Positions 16,881 through 17,515 of a stretch of 17,515 nucleotides of DNA are shown here, piece by piece. Below the pieces are notes generated by a model, which saw only the letters and a program-made list of their open reading frames with translations, had not been told where the DNA came from and ran no database searches. A program made the position numbers and the translations under genes. This stretch comes from an uncultured delta proteobacterium (GTDB lineage Bacteria; Desulfobacterota; Binatia; DP-6): NCBI GenBank assembly GCA_963815115.1, contig CAWFFN010000010.1, forward strand, positions 1 to 17,515. The letters run 5' to 3'. How positions within the stretch are numbered: position 1 is the first letter of the stretch; each line of letters begins with the position of its first letter.

Positions 16881-16940
16881 GGCGGGAAAGCGGGCCGATG
16901 AATTCTCTCCGGATGCCGCCGGCCCGGTGAGCGCGCGGCT

Positions 16941-17515
16941 TCAGTTCGCCCGGAAGAAATCCGTCACCAGCTGATGTGTCCCCACCGGGTCCTGCGCCGG
17001 GTAGCCGTGGCCCGCGTCGGATACGATGTGCAGCCGGGCGCCGGGAATACGCCGCGCCAGCACGTGGGCGTTCTCGACCGGGACGAGCACGTCGCGGTCG
17101 CCGTGCAGGATCAGCAAGCGTCGGATCGGATCGCGGAACATCTCGTCGCCGCCGTAGGCGACGAATGTCGGAGGGAGGCCACGCAGATCGGCATCGATCG
17201 CCGATACGCGCGCGTCGTGCGGGTCGAGCCCGTGCAGGTAGGGTCGCACCGGCATGTTCCACGGCAGGATGTCACGGTCGGCGTTCTGCGTGATCGAAGG
17301 CTCGTCGCATGCCATGCTGATCTCGGGGGAGAACAGGATCAGACCCGTCGGCCTCGCCAACTGGCGGCGACGGGCCTCGACCAGCAGGGAGGTTACCAGG
17401 TTTCCGCCACCCGAGTCGCCGGCAACGAACAGCCGCTCGGCGGGCACGCCCGCCGCCAGGACTGCCTCGTACACCGAGATCGTGTCGAGGAGACTCGCCG
17501 AAAACGGGAACTCCG
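16941..17515 (-). CDS. Alpha/beta-hydrolase (HSL/family IV esterase core with a different-family C-terminus); 5' end lies outside the window
   Basis: EFPFSASLLD..Y, AGDSGGG, LFSP and LRGLPPTFVAYGGDEMFRD (HSL-type), followed by LLILHGDRDVLVP..RIPGARL..AGH (Abhydrolase_1/6-type). Confidence 0.8.
   Translation of the reverse strand, partial: EFPFSASLLDTISVYEAVLAAGVPAERLFVAGDSGGGNLVTSLLVEARRRQLARPTGLILFSPEISMACDEPSITQNADRDILPWNMPVRPYLHGLDPHDARVSAIDADLRGLPPTFVAYGGDEMFRDPIRRLLILHGDRDVLVPVENAHVLARRIPGARLHIVSDAGHGYPAQDPVGTHQLVTDFFRAN

Noticed and set aside
16891-16926. Bidirectional terminator between the convergent genes
   Set aside because: Only a 7-bp GC stem (CGGGCCG/CGGCCCG) with a 22-nt loop and no U-tract.

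Overview
GC-rich bacterial DNA that reads as a mosaic of intact metabolic genes separated by abruptly joined gene fragments. 1-1350: a frameshifted GNAT gene, an internal IS256 transposase piece, and the C-terminus plus right end of an IS21 (istB). 1404-6661: an intact, translationally coupled pair, a stand-alone Cgs/NdvB-type GH94 phosphorylase and a GH144-like (Glycoamylase-domain) glycosidase, probably a cytoplasmic beta-1,2-glucan module. 6.7-9.25 kb: debris comprising short repeats, a tRNA-Ser 3' fragment that looks like an integrase att core, DUF5681/terminase remnants, ArnT-like scraps, a frameshifted cytochrome c, a J-domain piece and a broken SixA-like phosphatase. 9.25-17.5 kb: lipid/ester metabolism genes (PGAP1-like lipase, small ORF-plsC-like-gpsA [truncated], VOC-SDR, CocE/NonD hydrolase, a second acyltransferase, a hybrid alpha/beta-hydrolase) plus an IS3 scrap. 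I found no CRISPR array, intact RNA gene or complete mobile element, and I cannot demonstrate a new biological system. The best leads are the GH94-GH144 module, the decayed tRNA-Ser-targeting element and three in-frame chimeric ORFs, which may be real deletion products or assembly artefacts. All family calls come from motif recognition by eye, with no database search.
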